Shown here piece after piece: positions 1 to 10,603 of a stretch of 32,646 bases of DNA. A model generated the notes under the pieces. That model was not told the origin of the DNA and did no database searches. It saw only the letters and a program-made list of their open reading frames with translations. This DNA comes from Mitosporidium daphniae (taxonomy: Eukaryota), in assembly GCF_000760515.2 (NCBI RefSeq), contig NW_013546178.1, forward strand, positions 62,001 through 94,646, written 5' to 3'. The position numbers and the translations under genes are program-made. Within the stretch, counting starts at the first letter, position 1; each line of letters starts with the position of its first letter.

Positions 1-696
1 CAAAAGATGGTAAGTCCCATGTGATCCGGTGTAACTTTAGATAATCTCCAATTGAAAATATACTGGCATGCCGAGAAAATACGCTGGCTTTCTCTCTCTT
101 TCATCAACGAGGAGGTTTTCAAAAAATGGTATCTTTCGTTGATCAGATTGACGAGCCAGCATGATGAGCACCACAAAAGTGTCCAAAATACTTCTGCCGC
201 CGTTGCCACGGCTGCGGATTTGAAACCCTCAAACAAACTAGCAAGGGAAACTATCAGCCAAGAAAAAGCCACACGTCGGAAATCCAAGTTAAAGAAACTT
301 TTAGGATCTCCCAACATCAAAAGCTCATCCCAAATCATAACTGATGAGTATTCTCTGGAGGAGAGGGAAACTCCCTCTAGTCGCCTTCCTTCAATTGAAT
401 CAGTCATGAACCCTCCTCAACAGCGACTGGTCAAGATTATTACATCCACTTTCGCCAAGTTGGCTGTTCTGCCGTCAGATGACGACTTTGAGGTTTTGAA
501 AGAGTTTCTTTCGTCAGCATTTTCCACCAGTTCCAAGCAATTTTCCATCTTTTACAGAGACAGGCAAAAAGATGCCTTACTGCTCGAATCAGATGCGGAT
601 CTTGAGCTTGCCTGCAAAGACTGGTTTGAAAGCGACCGGCTTGAGGGTGCATTTCCGCTTATTTTGAAAAGCGACGATGAGGAGCCAAATCGATGA
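1..696 (+). CDS. 3' part of a probable Cdc24/Scd1-like Rho GEF (end of PH-like domain plus C-terminal PB1 domain); 5'-truncated by the window
   Basis: Intron 10-40 (GTAAGT...TTTAG). PH-end-like segment LSLSFINEEVFKKWYLSL. C-terminal PB1 OPCA-like motif IFYRDRQKDALLLESDADLELA. PH...PB1 order is typical of Cdc24, but the DH domain lies outside the window. Confidence 0.6.
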
Positions 697-746
697 CGAT
701 GGCCAAGCCGATGACGGCGAACCGAAGCAGTAAATAAAAGACATTT

Positions 747-1683
747 TTATTTGTATTTTAGAAGAATAGAATCCCTCCACCGCTTGTAAAAGTAAAACTC
801 GGGAGAATCTTCCAAAATGCCTGCATATTTGATGTGTTCAGGAAGCAAAGGAACCGATCTTCTGGGCATGTTGAGAGCACAATTTTCCGCACCCGCAGAT
901 GGCGAGCAAGTGTCACTCATTTCAAGCAAAACGTCTTTGTGACCGCCAATTGTTTTGTGTGGGCTTCGCTTCTGCTTTTTGAGCTCCTTAAATAACAACG
1001 AGTCTGCCTGAATGGCATCCAGCTGTTTTCTGCACATGTGTCTGATGGACTGCAAATAGTTTTGAAAGCTTCTTTCATTGATGGAATACTTTTCTATAAT
1101 CAGCTTCTTGTCTACACGCAACTAAGAGCACGTCAGCATGGCATGCATTTCATACCTTGAGACAGGATGTCACGGCGATGAAGATGGCCAGCAAGAGGTC
1201 GGGATTTTCGTTTGTAACGAAAGCCTTGGATGCTTCCGGAAGTGTGCTGCAGAAAAGAGGGATAAACATATCCAGCAACTTTTCACAGGGACAAATCAGT
1301 TGCTCGCATCCAGTGGAAAGCCCCAAAACCCGGATCGACAGTTTGGAGAGGTTAAGCGACAGCCCACTGCTCAGCTGTTGCATTGCCGTCAGATACTCTG
1401 CATTGGTAAGACAAGAAAACCGCACGTTGAATGCCCTATCGATGGTAATTTTGCTCCTAACAGGAAGGTGGTAACTTTTGCATAAACCATACTGTGCCAA
1501 TACCAGCTCTATGCAAACAAACACGCGGGCAGGCTCCAACGGACCCATTGATGGGCACAGGATAAGAGACCTTTTAAACAAAGAACGCGATTTTTCTAAA
1601 TACTCGCCATACTCCGAGGTGTTCAGTCCGCTGGACCTGAGAACCTTTGAGAAATAGCCATCAAAGTTTCTTATAAGGTCCAT
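747..1683 (-). CDS. ORC6: Origin recognition complex subunit 6
   Basis: ATG at 1683. Intron 1122-1155 (34 nt) joins the two ORFs to give SCLK|LRVDKKLI, resembling ORC6 CKILKLKVDKNK. C-terminal YKRWRDSILL resembles the ORC6 YEEWKRKIL motif. Confidence 0.75.
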
Positions 1684-1758
1684 TGAAGGGGCGCCAAAGG
1701 GCAAGTTTAATTGTAATTTTGGTGAAATTAAACGGGACCGTGTTTCCGATTTTTTAAA

Positions 1759-2283
1759 ATGAACCCAAATCAGCCCGCCCCGTCGTCGCAATCCGCTGCG
1801 CCCAGTACGGGCCCAATACTGCCGAAAGATGCAGTTGTATTGAGCATGATGATGCAGACCCTGTCGATACATGAATGCGAGCCGCAAGTGATCCCCCTGC
1901 TGCTGGAATACTCGTATCGCCACATCACCGACACGCTGATTGCTGCAAGCTCATTTGCCGAGCATTGCGGAAGATCGCCATTGACAGAAATATCGCTGCA
2001 TGACATCAGATATGCAATCCAGTCGTTGGCATCTCGGATTTCGAGCTCTTCGGGCGGCGCATGTGGGGTTCCCGGAATCCGCCCGTCTCGGGAATTGCTA
2101 TTAGAGCTTGCGACAAGGAAAAATGCCGAGCCCTTTCCCATGTCAACGCAGTTATCTGATGGCTCTTCAAATTCGATTGCAGGACGCACCGCCCTTAGGC
2201 TGCCGCCAGATGAGCTATGTCTACTTGGACAACAGTCGCACCCGATGTCGGTTAACCCCCCACTTCACCACATTAACAAATGA
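1759..2283 (+). CDS. TAF9: TFIID/SAGA subunit TAF9
   Basis: Histone-fold PKDAVVLSMMMQTLSIHECEPQVIPLLLEYSYR, then PSRELLLELATRKNAEPFP and LRLPPDELCL, all TAF9 signature segments. Confidence 0.92.
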   Translation: MNPNQPAPSSQSAAPSTGPILPKDAVVLSMMMQTLSIHECEPQVIPLLLEYSYRHITDTLIAASSFAEHCGRSPLTEISLHDIRYAIQSLASRISSSSGGACGVPGIRPSRELLLELATRKNAEPFPMSTQLSDGSSNSIAGRTALRLPPDELCLLGQQSHPMSVNPPLHHINK

Positions 2284-2341
2284 CCGATGCTGATGAGAGG
2301 ACCCGACTTGGTCGGCATTGATCCCGGCGCGTGCCCCACCC

Positions 2342-5300
2342 CTACAGCAGCATATAGGGGCAATAAACGCTGAAAAATCGAACAGTAGCAACATTTAATG
2401 GGTTATAAATTAGGGGGCATGGGTTAATGGCAATTACAGACATCTTATGAGGGCATGCGACGTTTCCAAAAGCTCTATGCAAATGGATGCATCTAGGGGC
2501 GCGTTGGGGGAATTCAACAGCCACCGAACTTGATTGAAAATCTAAAGACAAGCGTAAAAACCCCAATACCTCTGTGGAGACAAACGAGAAGGAGATATCA
2601 ATTATGAGGCCTTTGCGGCCAACGATACCATCTAAGATAGATGTAAAGTCGCCAAAGTTCCGGATCAGAATGGGGTTCCAACAAAGCGATAAGTATTTAC
2701 ATTTGACACCCAAATTATGAATGATCGTCACGGCTCTTTTTGCATCCAAGTTACACCTGTCAAAGGCAATAAATTGCCAACAAATATCGAGGCCCAGCAT
2801 ATTATAGGAAGAAATGTCTGGATTCCCACTCAAATTGAGGGTGCACTTTTTACTTTGACCTGAAGAGACTGGGCAATTTTGAGACATCAGTGAGCTGAGC
2901 TCTGTGGTCAATCCGCAATTTATCAACGAAAGGGAAGCTAGGCGTGTATCCTGCATAACCAATGCATTGAGCAGCCTCTCTAACACGGAACAGGGAAATG
3001 GGCCAAAAACCTCAACACACGAGACAAAGACAAGAACGCTCAATAAACCATCAACGAGGCGATTGTTGCAAATTTCAGACGCACAAAATAATGGCCCAAT
3101 GGCTACTTTATCAAGAGCATGTCTTGGTGTCTTGAAGGGCAATACTAGATTTGATAATCCAAAAAGCGATAGTTTATCATTGTGGGAGACATCCAGGGAT
3201 GAAATCGTGGCAGTTGAAACAAATTGGGACCACTCCTTGAGAGATGAAAGACCCTCCAATAGGTTCCCTCGAATCGAAAAGCTGCAAAAGTCACCATTTC
3301 GAATGTGACTATCAAGAAACAAAAACAGGACATCATCGGTGATCAAATTATGCGACAAATCTAGACTTGAAATGGTCGACATTTGGAAGCAAGAAAGAAT
3401 CTTCAAATTGGATGCCAAAAGACATCTTGATATGGTTAGCCTTTTGCAACAAATATTGGTGATATCAAGCGAGAAATCCAAACGAAGGTCCGAAATGCTA
3501 ATCAGATCAACATCGTTTTGGCCCTGAAGGGCAGCAAGCACAGGTGCAAGTGAGAACATCGGATCGTCTATCAATTCCGAAAATAAAATTTCGCCGTTGA
3601 GAATAATTGAATCCGCCATTTTGTCAAGGATATCATACATCTTTGGCATAAATGGAAAATTTAAGGCCTTGCAACAAGCCTCATATCTTTTGGCCATTTT
3701 CTTTTCAGAGGCATCGCAAATTCCATTATCCTTGCACAAGTTTAAAGGGCTGGCGTTGGGCAAGGCTGGGGGGCTGGCACCGGGCAAGGGTAGGGGGCCG
3801 GTGTGAAGTGCACTTTCAGAAGTAATAACCGCTTCTTCATGAAGAATTAGAATCGAAGATTCAGGCAAAGATAGAACCAACCCCAACGACGTGGATAAAA
3901 GCAATTCTGACCCATCTGAAAGACACAATCTCAAGTTGGGTCTTTTCTGCCCATCGGAAAGCAATAAAACAAGATCGCCCACATTCATCGATGACACCTG
4001 AAGTGAGGATAAGGGAATCGAAATAATACGTCTAGATGAGTCTTCCCATCTGATTTTGACCACAATGGAAGGGGAAACCACCTGTGCCGGCCTCAAAGAC
4101 GTGCAGTCATTAACTCCATTTATATGTTTGGTCACAGGCTTTCCGAATAGGCAATTTTCCAATTTTTTGTTATCATCAATGGTCCTTTTATGGCGATTGA
4201 TGGCTTCCGAGGAAAAGGCGTCATCTGNCCCTTCTTTTGACTCATCATCGCTAAGAATGATGGCCAACCTTGGCTTAGTGTTGATCCTCTTTTTCGGACA
4301 AAAATCTTCTTCTTCCTTTCCATTTGCAATAAAGGACGTCAACTTTTCAGATGAAATTGGATTCCTGCTTAAAACGCCTTTGTCAAAAATATTGCCGTTA
4401 CAATCGAAATTATCACGAGTGTAACGATAGTTTTTGTCGCAAGCATATTGCGAATTGTATTCCTCATCGTTGACCACAGGCTTCTTATTGATGAGGCGAT
4501 CCACTGCTCTGGCATTTTGATGGGTGTCTCCTGAGGCATTAATGTTGGATTTTTTTGGTGCCAAAAATTGGGACCTAAAGAACTTTCCCGCAGATGCAAA
4601 GCTCTTGACTGGAAGATAAGCGAGTGAGCTTATTTTCTTTCTTTCCTTGTCAGGTGCGTTGGAAAATTTGCCCAACTTAAGACCAACTTTCTTTCCATGC
4701 TTTTTTGATTGTAAAACCATACCGCTGGAGGCAAGAGATTGGATGCTTTTAGTGGGCTTTCTTTCGCCAAAGTAATCAAAGGAAGACTCAAGCCACTCCA
4801 CATATTCAAGATCCTCTTTACACGGGCCAAGAGGAGTAGAGGAGATGAGCGAGCAATATTTGGATACCTCAAGACCGGTCTTTTGCGTCATAGATGTAAT
4901 ATCCACGCTATAAAATGCTTGCTGCACCAGGGGAAACCGTTCTTGCAACCTTTTCTCGTCCCCTCCCTTTACAACTTGTAAATAATGGCTCATTAGCATC
5001 GCAATGTTGAAATACTCTCCGGTTTCATTTCCAAGTATTTGCGAAATAACAGCAATGGAGAGGTCAAGCTGATCCTTTGATGCAGGGATGTTCCCCAAGT
5101 TTCTGTAGCATTGGCATAAATACAAGTAAGACTCTGCCCTTTGCAGCATCTCTAAATCGGTATGTGCATCCCTGGAGCTTTGTACTTTCCAAGTGTCATA
5201 TGCATAGCTCCACAGCCTTAATTGGGCAAAAGATCTGCCCAACACAGATCCTATTTCCCAAGATGAATCCTGCGAAAATAAGGGCCACAAATATCGGATT

Positions 5301-6521
5301 GCGTCAAGGGGCTGCTTAAGTTCGCTTTGGCAGCAAATCGCAGCGCTAAGCAAGATGTCACCAGAGACAATTGGCTGATCAGTTGAGACTTGAAGGAAAC
5401 ACAGCCCGGTACATTTAATTTCACACGTGCATTTGGACCAAGGGATCGCTTCATTGGTCGAATCTGCCGCAGAAATTAACGATGCTGCTGATGCCCGTTT
5501 ATCGAGAAGCAGCTCGATTTCAGATATTCGTTCATTAATTAGAGACGCAAAAAACGAAAATTCCGCATCAGATGAGTTGGTCGATATGCGCAACGTCGCC
5601 ATACAGGTGTGCAATGACTCCATGGCCTTATCGAGATGGCCCCAAGCCTCAAATAATATGGAAAATCTATAAATGATATCAACAACTCCCGACGAGTTGT
5701 TTAAAGCTCTATATATGTCAGAAGCTTCGGAAAATGACTAAATGTGGGCGAATCTGACAAACCTTCTCGGTAGCGACAAAGTTTCTCTCCTCGAGCAGCT
5801 TCATGCCTCTGTTTGTGTAGAATCTTGCCAACGCTTCATCATCTTGAATGGCGTTCGCAACAGAAAACGAGTTGGAAAAATAAAGTTCGCTATTTGAAGT
5901 GTCTTCAAGCCTCTCATAGGTCAGGGCCAGGTTAAGAAACGTGTTTGCCTTCATTCTTAAAACCTCTGTTGTCTCCTCAAAGCATTCCAATTCAGAAAGG
6001 GCAGACGAAAAGGCTCTTTTTGCTTCTTGCAAGTAAATCTTTGAAAATATCCCGGCCAGGTTATCATCCCGTTGCATATAAATGAGCCCCTGCTGAAAAT
6101 AAGCAGCTTGCCTATTGGCCTTGACATTTGCTGCATCCAAAAATCGTTCTTGCGCAGAGTCAATAGATAAGCTTTTGCCTCCTGTCGACTTTGACGTACG
6201 ATCGCACTCTGACAATTGAAAGTTTACATACATCAAGGCTTTGTCCCAAAGACAAATAGAAGAATCTGAAAGTATACCTGCAATGCTATGAAATGCATCA
6301 CATTTCAAATCCGAATTCTTCATTGCCTTGGCAATGGAAAGCGCAGAGAAAAAATATTCCAAGGATTTATGGAGCTTTCCCGTTTTGACATAAAGATCGC
6401 CAATCGATGTACAGATATCATATTCCTCGTCCAAGTTACCCTGGCCCTTAAGACGAGAAAGCGATCTTTTAAAGTCCTCCAGATCTCGAGTATCTAATTG
6501 CTTTTCTATGGACTTTGACAT
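2342..6521 (-). CDS. TONSL: Tonsoku-like protein (N-terminal TPRs, disordered linker, ubiquitin-like domain, C-terminal LRRs)
   Basis: A 25-nt intron 5738-5762 fuses the TPR ORF in frame with the 1093-aa ORF. UBL-like IVVKIRW...IISIP...LRLCLSDGSELL is followed by MAKRYEACCKAL and LAPVLAAL, as in the TONSL UBL-LRR junction. LRRs include ISSLDLSHNLI and ISSLDVSHN. One N at 4228. Confidence 0.7.
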
Positions 6522-6589
6522 AAATTGCCAATTAAAAATTACCCCAACTCGGTCAACTAACTGCCCTCCCCAATTTAAAATTTAAAAAT

Positions 6590-6662
6590 TGCGACCTGTG
6601 TGGATTGAACACACGGCCTTAAGATCTTCAGTCTCACGCTCTCCCAGCTGAGCTAAGGTCGC
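6590..6662 (-). tRNA. tRNA-Phe (GAA)
   Basis: Minus strand GCGACCT-TAGCTCAGCTGGGAGAGC-GTGAGACTGAAGATCTTA-AGGCC-GTGTGTTCAATCCACAC-AGGTCGCA forms a full 73-nt cloverleaf with anticodon GAA, followed by TTTTT (Pol III terminator). Confidence 0.97.
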
Positions 6663-6812
6663 ACCAAAAAACTGAGGAAAAAAAATTTGATATTTTATAA
6701 TACATTTTTGACACTAGATAGGCATGTTAATTGGTCTCTTTTCAATTCATGTATCAATTTAATACAATTTCATGCATCTTATGCAGTCCACCCTCCTATT
6801 GTCCCTCACAGC

Positions 6813-7799
6813 ATGTGTAGATTGATATATTTTTACGCTCTCATTTTCATCAAAGTACTGTTGTATTCATTTGTCTCTTCTTCTTGTAACAGTTGTGCGG
6901 CTGCTCAAAAAGAACAAAAGCAGCCTTCTCAACCGCCCTCTCAACAGCCCTCTCAGCAGCCCTCTCAATACTATTTACTTGCAGATAGCTCTATTCTGGG
7001 TGGGGTGGGAATATCTCCAGCTGGAGATGGGACCCATCCAGAAATACTCGCCATTTCGGAATTAAAGTCAAAGCCGAACAAATGCCCGCTTTTGCCGTCT
7101 TCTTCGTTAAAACCCACGTGCACATCACCGGTATCTGAACATTTTATCCAAACCTTTGACCCATATACGACCATCATTAAAACTCTATATGGAACACACA
7201 CCGAACTCTCCACAGCAACGCAATGCATTCCATTTGCTGCTGCGCCAGTGGTAGCGTCGACGATTTCGGCAACTCAAACGGTTGTCCAGTTTGCCTCTCC
7301 TCCCCAGCAGCCACAATTTATTCTTCCATATCCATCGTTTCCTCCGATCTTTAACCAACCCCTGCCAACAAGCAGCAAATGTACAGAGCTACTTTCTAAT
7401 AATCAACTGCTTGCGCTGATCCACGAGCAAATGTGTGTTGGAAACGATCGCATGCGCCAAATGCTCAACGAAATTATTTCAAAAAGTGCGGTAACATCCT
7501 ATTTTACAAAAACCATACTGCCTTCCTTCACTTCTACGCTGCCTATTTGCACCATATCAACATCTTCGGTTATTTCGACTTTTTCCAAACAAGGGGTTAT
7601 ACCACCATCACCCACCTCGCCGGCATGCATGTCGTTATGTAACAATGGTTTCCACCAGTTCCAAATAATGCCTCCACAAATACGAGTCGTGGTGGCTACT
7701 TCAACGTATCTATTACCCTCTTATGGGGCATTTACTGCACCATCACCATCGCCCCAATACTGTCCTTTCAGACAAGCAGCAACCCCCGATTCCTTTTAA
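6813..7799 (+). CDS. Orphan, probably secreted Pro/Ser/Thr/Gln/Cys-rich protein
   Basis: First ATG at 6813 gives a hydrophobic signal-peptide-like N-terminus (MCRLIYFYALIFIKVLLYSFVSS). Intronless 328 aa, QPSQ repeats, no recognisable domain. Confidence 0.7.
   Translation: MCRLIYFYALIFIKVLLYSFVSSSCNSCAAAQKEQKQPSQPPSQQPSQQPSQYYLLADSSILGGVGISPAGDGTHPEILAISELKSKPNKCPLLPSSSLKPTCTSPVSEHFIQTFDPYTTIIKTLYGTHTELSTATQCIPFAAAPVVASTISATQTVVQFASPPQQPQFILPYPSFPPIFNQPLPTSSKCTELLSNNQLLALIHEQMCVGNDRMRQMLNEIISKSAVTSYFTKTILPSFTSTLPICTISTSSVISTFSKQGVIPPSPTSPACMSLCNNGFHQFQIMPPQIRVVVATSTYLLPSYGAFTAPSPSPQYCPFRQAATPDSF
6921..6968 (+). repeat. 4 x 12-bp coding tandem repeat (QPSQ/PPSQ)
   Basis: cagccttctcaa ccgccctctcaa cagccctctcag cagccctctcaa. 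Confidence 0.85.
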
Positions 7800-7908
7800 T
7801 AAAAACTTGAATGCAACGCTATGTGGTTTCCCAACTCACAAGGCGCCCGACAATTTTACGTATTTCTTTTCCAATTTATTGTTAATATAGCTACAGAGGG
7901 TCAAGTTA

Positions 7909-10476
7909 TTATTTTGCATAGTAGGATGACTGACTAGGCTTTTGGGGAGGCGCTTGTGAGGATCCCAAGTTGATATTACCGCCGGCTGCAGGACCGCCTC
8001 GTTGATATGCAGAAGGCACCGGAGCTCCGCTTGAATATGGTTGCTGCATGGGCCCATTGTTAAGACTTGGGGGTCCAGTCTGCTTAAGATAAGTAGAGGG
8101 CATAGCTGAATAGTAAGACGAAAGGCCTACCCCGCTACTAGCGGCACCACCATAATATGCAGGAGGCTGTTGTTGTGATGCGCCTGCACCAGCTGGACCG
8201 CCACCACCAGCACTGCTTGAGACAACCCCATAAAAGCTACCTCGTTGCTGTTGTTGTGCCTGCGGTGATGGGTGTTGATGCTGATGTTGGTGCTGGTGCT
8301 GGTAATAGCTTCCCGGTGCTTGCATTCCGGCTTGCGATCCTTGAGATTGCAAAATAGGCGGTGCAAAAGAATGAAATCCTTGCTGTGAAAGATGAGGAGC
8401 TCCCTGATAGCCGAGTTGCGAGGGTTGAGATGAAGCCGATGGCGTTGGCGCATATTGTGGGTGTGGGTATTGTGAGGGAGTCTGGCCATAGCCCATATAT
8501 GTTGGGGTTTGTTGGGGCACTGGGCCACCAGGCCTGTTTCCAGCATTGTATTGAGGAGCGGCATATCCCATTTGAGGCTGAGAAATAGGCAATGTCCCAG
8601 AGCCACTCGGCACAGATGCCGAAGATTGTAGCTGCATATGACCACCATATCCCGAAGCCTGCTGTGAAGAGGGAATCACGCCACCATATGGGTGCATTGA
8701 TGCCACAGGCCCGCCAGAATAGGCAGTTGATGGCATTGACTGCGGCACGAGATGCTGTGGCTGACCTGGATTCTGATATTGTCCTGGTTGCTGATATTGA
8801 TTTGAAGACTGACTTTGTGGCTGCATTGACTGCTGAACATGAAGATTGCTATACCTTGAAGCAGGAGCATCGCTTTCACTCCGGGAGTGAGATCTTTTTG
8901 AGGGAGGTGGTAAGCCCTCACTAGGCGAAGTGGTGGAAATTCCCTCTGCATATTTGGTCTTTGGCAGAGCCCGAGTTGTTTCTACCGTCTGCCCCTTGAT
9001 TGTGTGGGGTTGGCATGACAGGGCATTTTGCAAGTCATTGGACGATTGAAAGGTAACAAATCCAAAGCCACGCGATTGGTTTGACTCCTGGTCGACCATC
9101 AGAGTGGCCGAAAGAACAGTTCCATAAGAAGAAAAGTATCTTTTTAGCTCGTCTTCAGTAGTACCCCAAGGCAGGCCACCGATGAACATCTTTTCAGATT
9201 TGTGTTGCGCGTCTCGCGGAATAGCAGGTTTTGGATCTACACGCTTTCCATCGACGTAATGGGTCTGGCTTATGATCACATCGACAACGGCCGGATCCTC
9301 AAATGTAACAAAAGCAAAACCACGAGTTTTTCCTTCCGGTGTTTTCATCACCACAGAATCAGAGAGCTTACCGTATTTGGAGAAGTATGTTTTCAGGGAC
9401 TCGTCAGTAGTGTCCCAGCTAAGACCGCCAACAAAGATTTTTCCTTCATCGGGGTCCCTTGCCGGAGGTGCTGATCTTTGAGAAGAAAAGCCGGAAGATG
9501 AGTGGCGATGCGAGGATCTATCTCCGCCGTGGGAGGAGTGTCTTTCTCCAGAATTGGAAGATCTTTCAGCATCATTGGATGATTTATCCCCACCATGAGA
9601 AGATCTTTCCCTGCCGTGGGACGATGATCTTTCATTGTGCGAGGAGCCTCTGTCGCCATGGGACGAGCGATGATAGCCAGAATGGCCGTGACCGCTGGAC
9701 TGATGGCGATGGTGATGGCCGCCACTGCTAGCATGTGATCCCCCAGAAGATTGCGGAGAAGTATTGGAAGTAGACTGAGAAGAGGGAGCTCGATCAACAA
9801 AATAATATGAGGAGGGTACAGTGGAAGTTTCTGCGCTAGCAGCATCAACTTTCGGTGCCAGTTGCTCCACATTTTTCGTTATTATTTCTACAGCAGTATC
9901 GGCGGAGACAGCCAAAGATTCCTCAAATGGAGTAGCTTGATTAAAATAAGCAGCGGGGGAATTTGTGCTAAGGGGTAGCAAATTAACCTTTGATTCATTA
10001 TCTGCATTATCGTTTCCACCACCACCGCTGGGAACGGCATCACTTGAGCAAGAGTCGGCGGCACTATGAGGGCTATTTGAATCAGTAAATTTTAAATTAT
10101 CCTGCTCATCTTCATTAGAAGTACTAATTAACTTTCGCTTTCTATTATCTCCATTACTGTGATTGTTAAAAGCGGTATTGCAACCAACATTATATCCACC
10201 ACCATCGTCTGAGGAGTACTTATCGTTAGAGGGCACATTATCGCTTGAAGAGTGTATATCATCTACATTCGATGAATTATATTCATTGCAAAGTGGAAAC
10301 TTTTCTTGATCCGATGATATTGTGTATTTAGTGTCATCAGCCTTGCTTTCTCCTATGGAAGAGGGGGCTGGGGATGCAAGAGGCAGTGGACCACGTAGGT
10401 GGTCCACTGCCTCTGGATAAAAATCACCTTGCGATGGTATTGTTGTTTGTTCATGCTCGGTGTCTGCTTGACTCAT
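7909..10476 (-). CDS. Tandem-RRM RNA-binding protein (Hrp1/Musashi/hnRNP A-D family) with long low-complexity tails
   Basis: RRM1 KIFVGGLSWDTT...RGFAFVTF; linker RVDPKPAIPR; RRM2 KMFIGGL...RGFGFVTF; Q/P/G/Y/S-rich C-terminus. Confidence 0.9.
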   Translation of the reverse strand: MSQADTEHEQTTIPSQGDFYPEAVDHLRGPLPLASPAPSSIGESKADDTKYTISSDQEKFPLCNEYNSSNVDDIHSSSDNVPSNDKYSSDDGGGYNVGCNTAFNNHSNGDNRKRKLISTSNEDEQDNLKFTDSNSPHSAADSCSSDAVPSGGGGNDNADNESKVNLLPLSTNSPAAYFNQATPFEESLAVSADTAVEIITKNVEQLAPKVDAASAETSTVPSSYYFVDRAPSSQSTSNTSPQSSGGSHASSGGHHHRHQSSGHGHSGYHRSSHGDRGSSHNERSSSHGRERSSHGGDKSSNDAERSSNSGERHSSHGGDRSSHRHSSSGFSSQRSAPPARDPDEGKIFVGGLSWDTTDESLKTYFSKYGKLSDSVVMKTPEGKTRGFAFVTFEDPAVVDVIISQTHYVDGKRVDPKPAIPRDAQHKSEKMFIGGLPWGTTEDELKRYFSSYGTVLSATLMVDQESNQSRGFGFVTFQSSNDLQNALSCQPHTIKGQTVETTRALPKTKYAEGISTTSPSEGLPPPSKRSHSRSESDAPASRYSNLHVQQSMQPQSQSSNQYQQPGQYQNPGQPQHLVPQSMPSTAYSGGPVASMHPYGGVIPSSQQASGYGGHMQLQSSASVPSGSGTLPISQPQMGYAAPQYNAGNRPGGPVPQQTPTYMGYGQTPSQYPHPQYAPTPSASSQPSQLGYQGAPHLSQQGFHSFAPPILQSQGSQAGMQAPGSYYQHQHQHQHQHPSPQAQQQQRGSFYGVVSSSAGGGGPAGAGASQQQPPAYYGGAASSGVGLSSYYSAMPSTYLKQTGPPSLNNGPMQQPYSSGAPVPSAYQRGGPAAGGNINLGSSQAPPQKPSQSSYYAK

Positions 10477-10603
10477 TGGGTTGGATTACACTGATGAGGA
10501 ATAAAAATTATCGACAGCCTCGTATGTTGCTTATCATGTCAGTGCAAAATGTAAATCTTGAAAGTAAAATCTTATTTTTAAAAATTAAAAGTACTTATTT
10601 TTC

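Noticed and set aside
1684..1923. N-terminal extension of the 1150-1923 ORF overlapping TAF9
   Set aside because: It starts at a non-ATG codon antisense to TAF9. ORC6-like sequence begins at ATG 1683.
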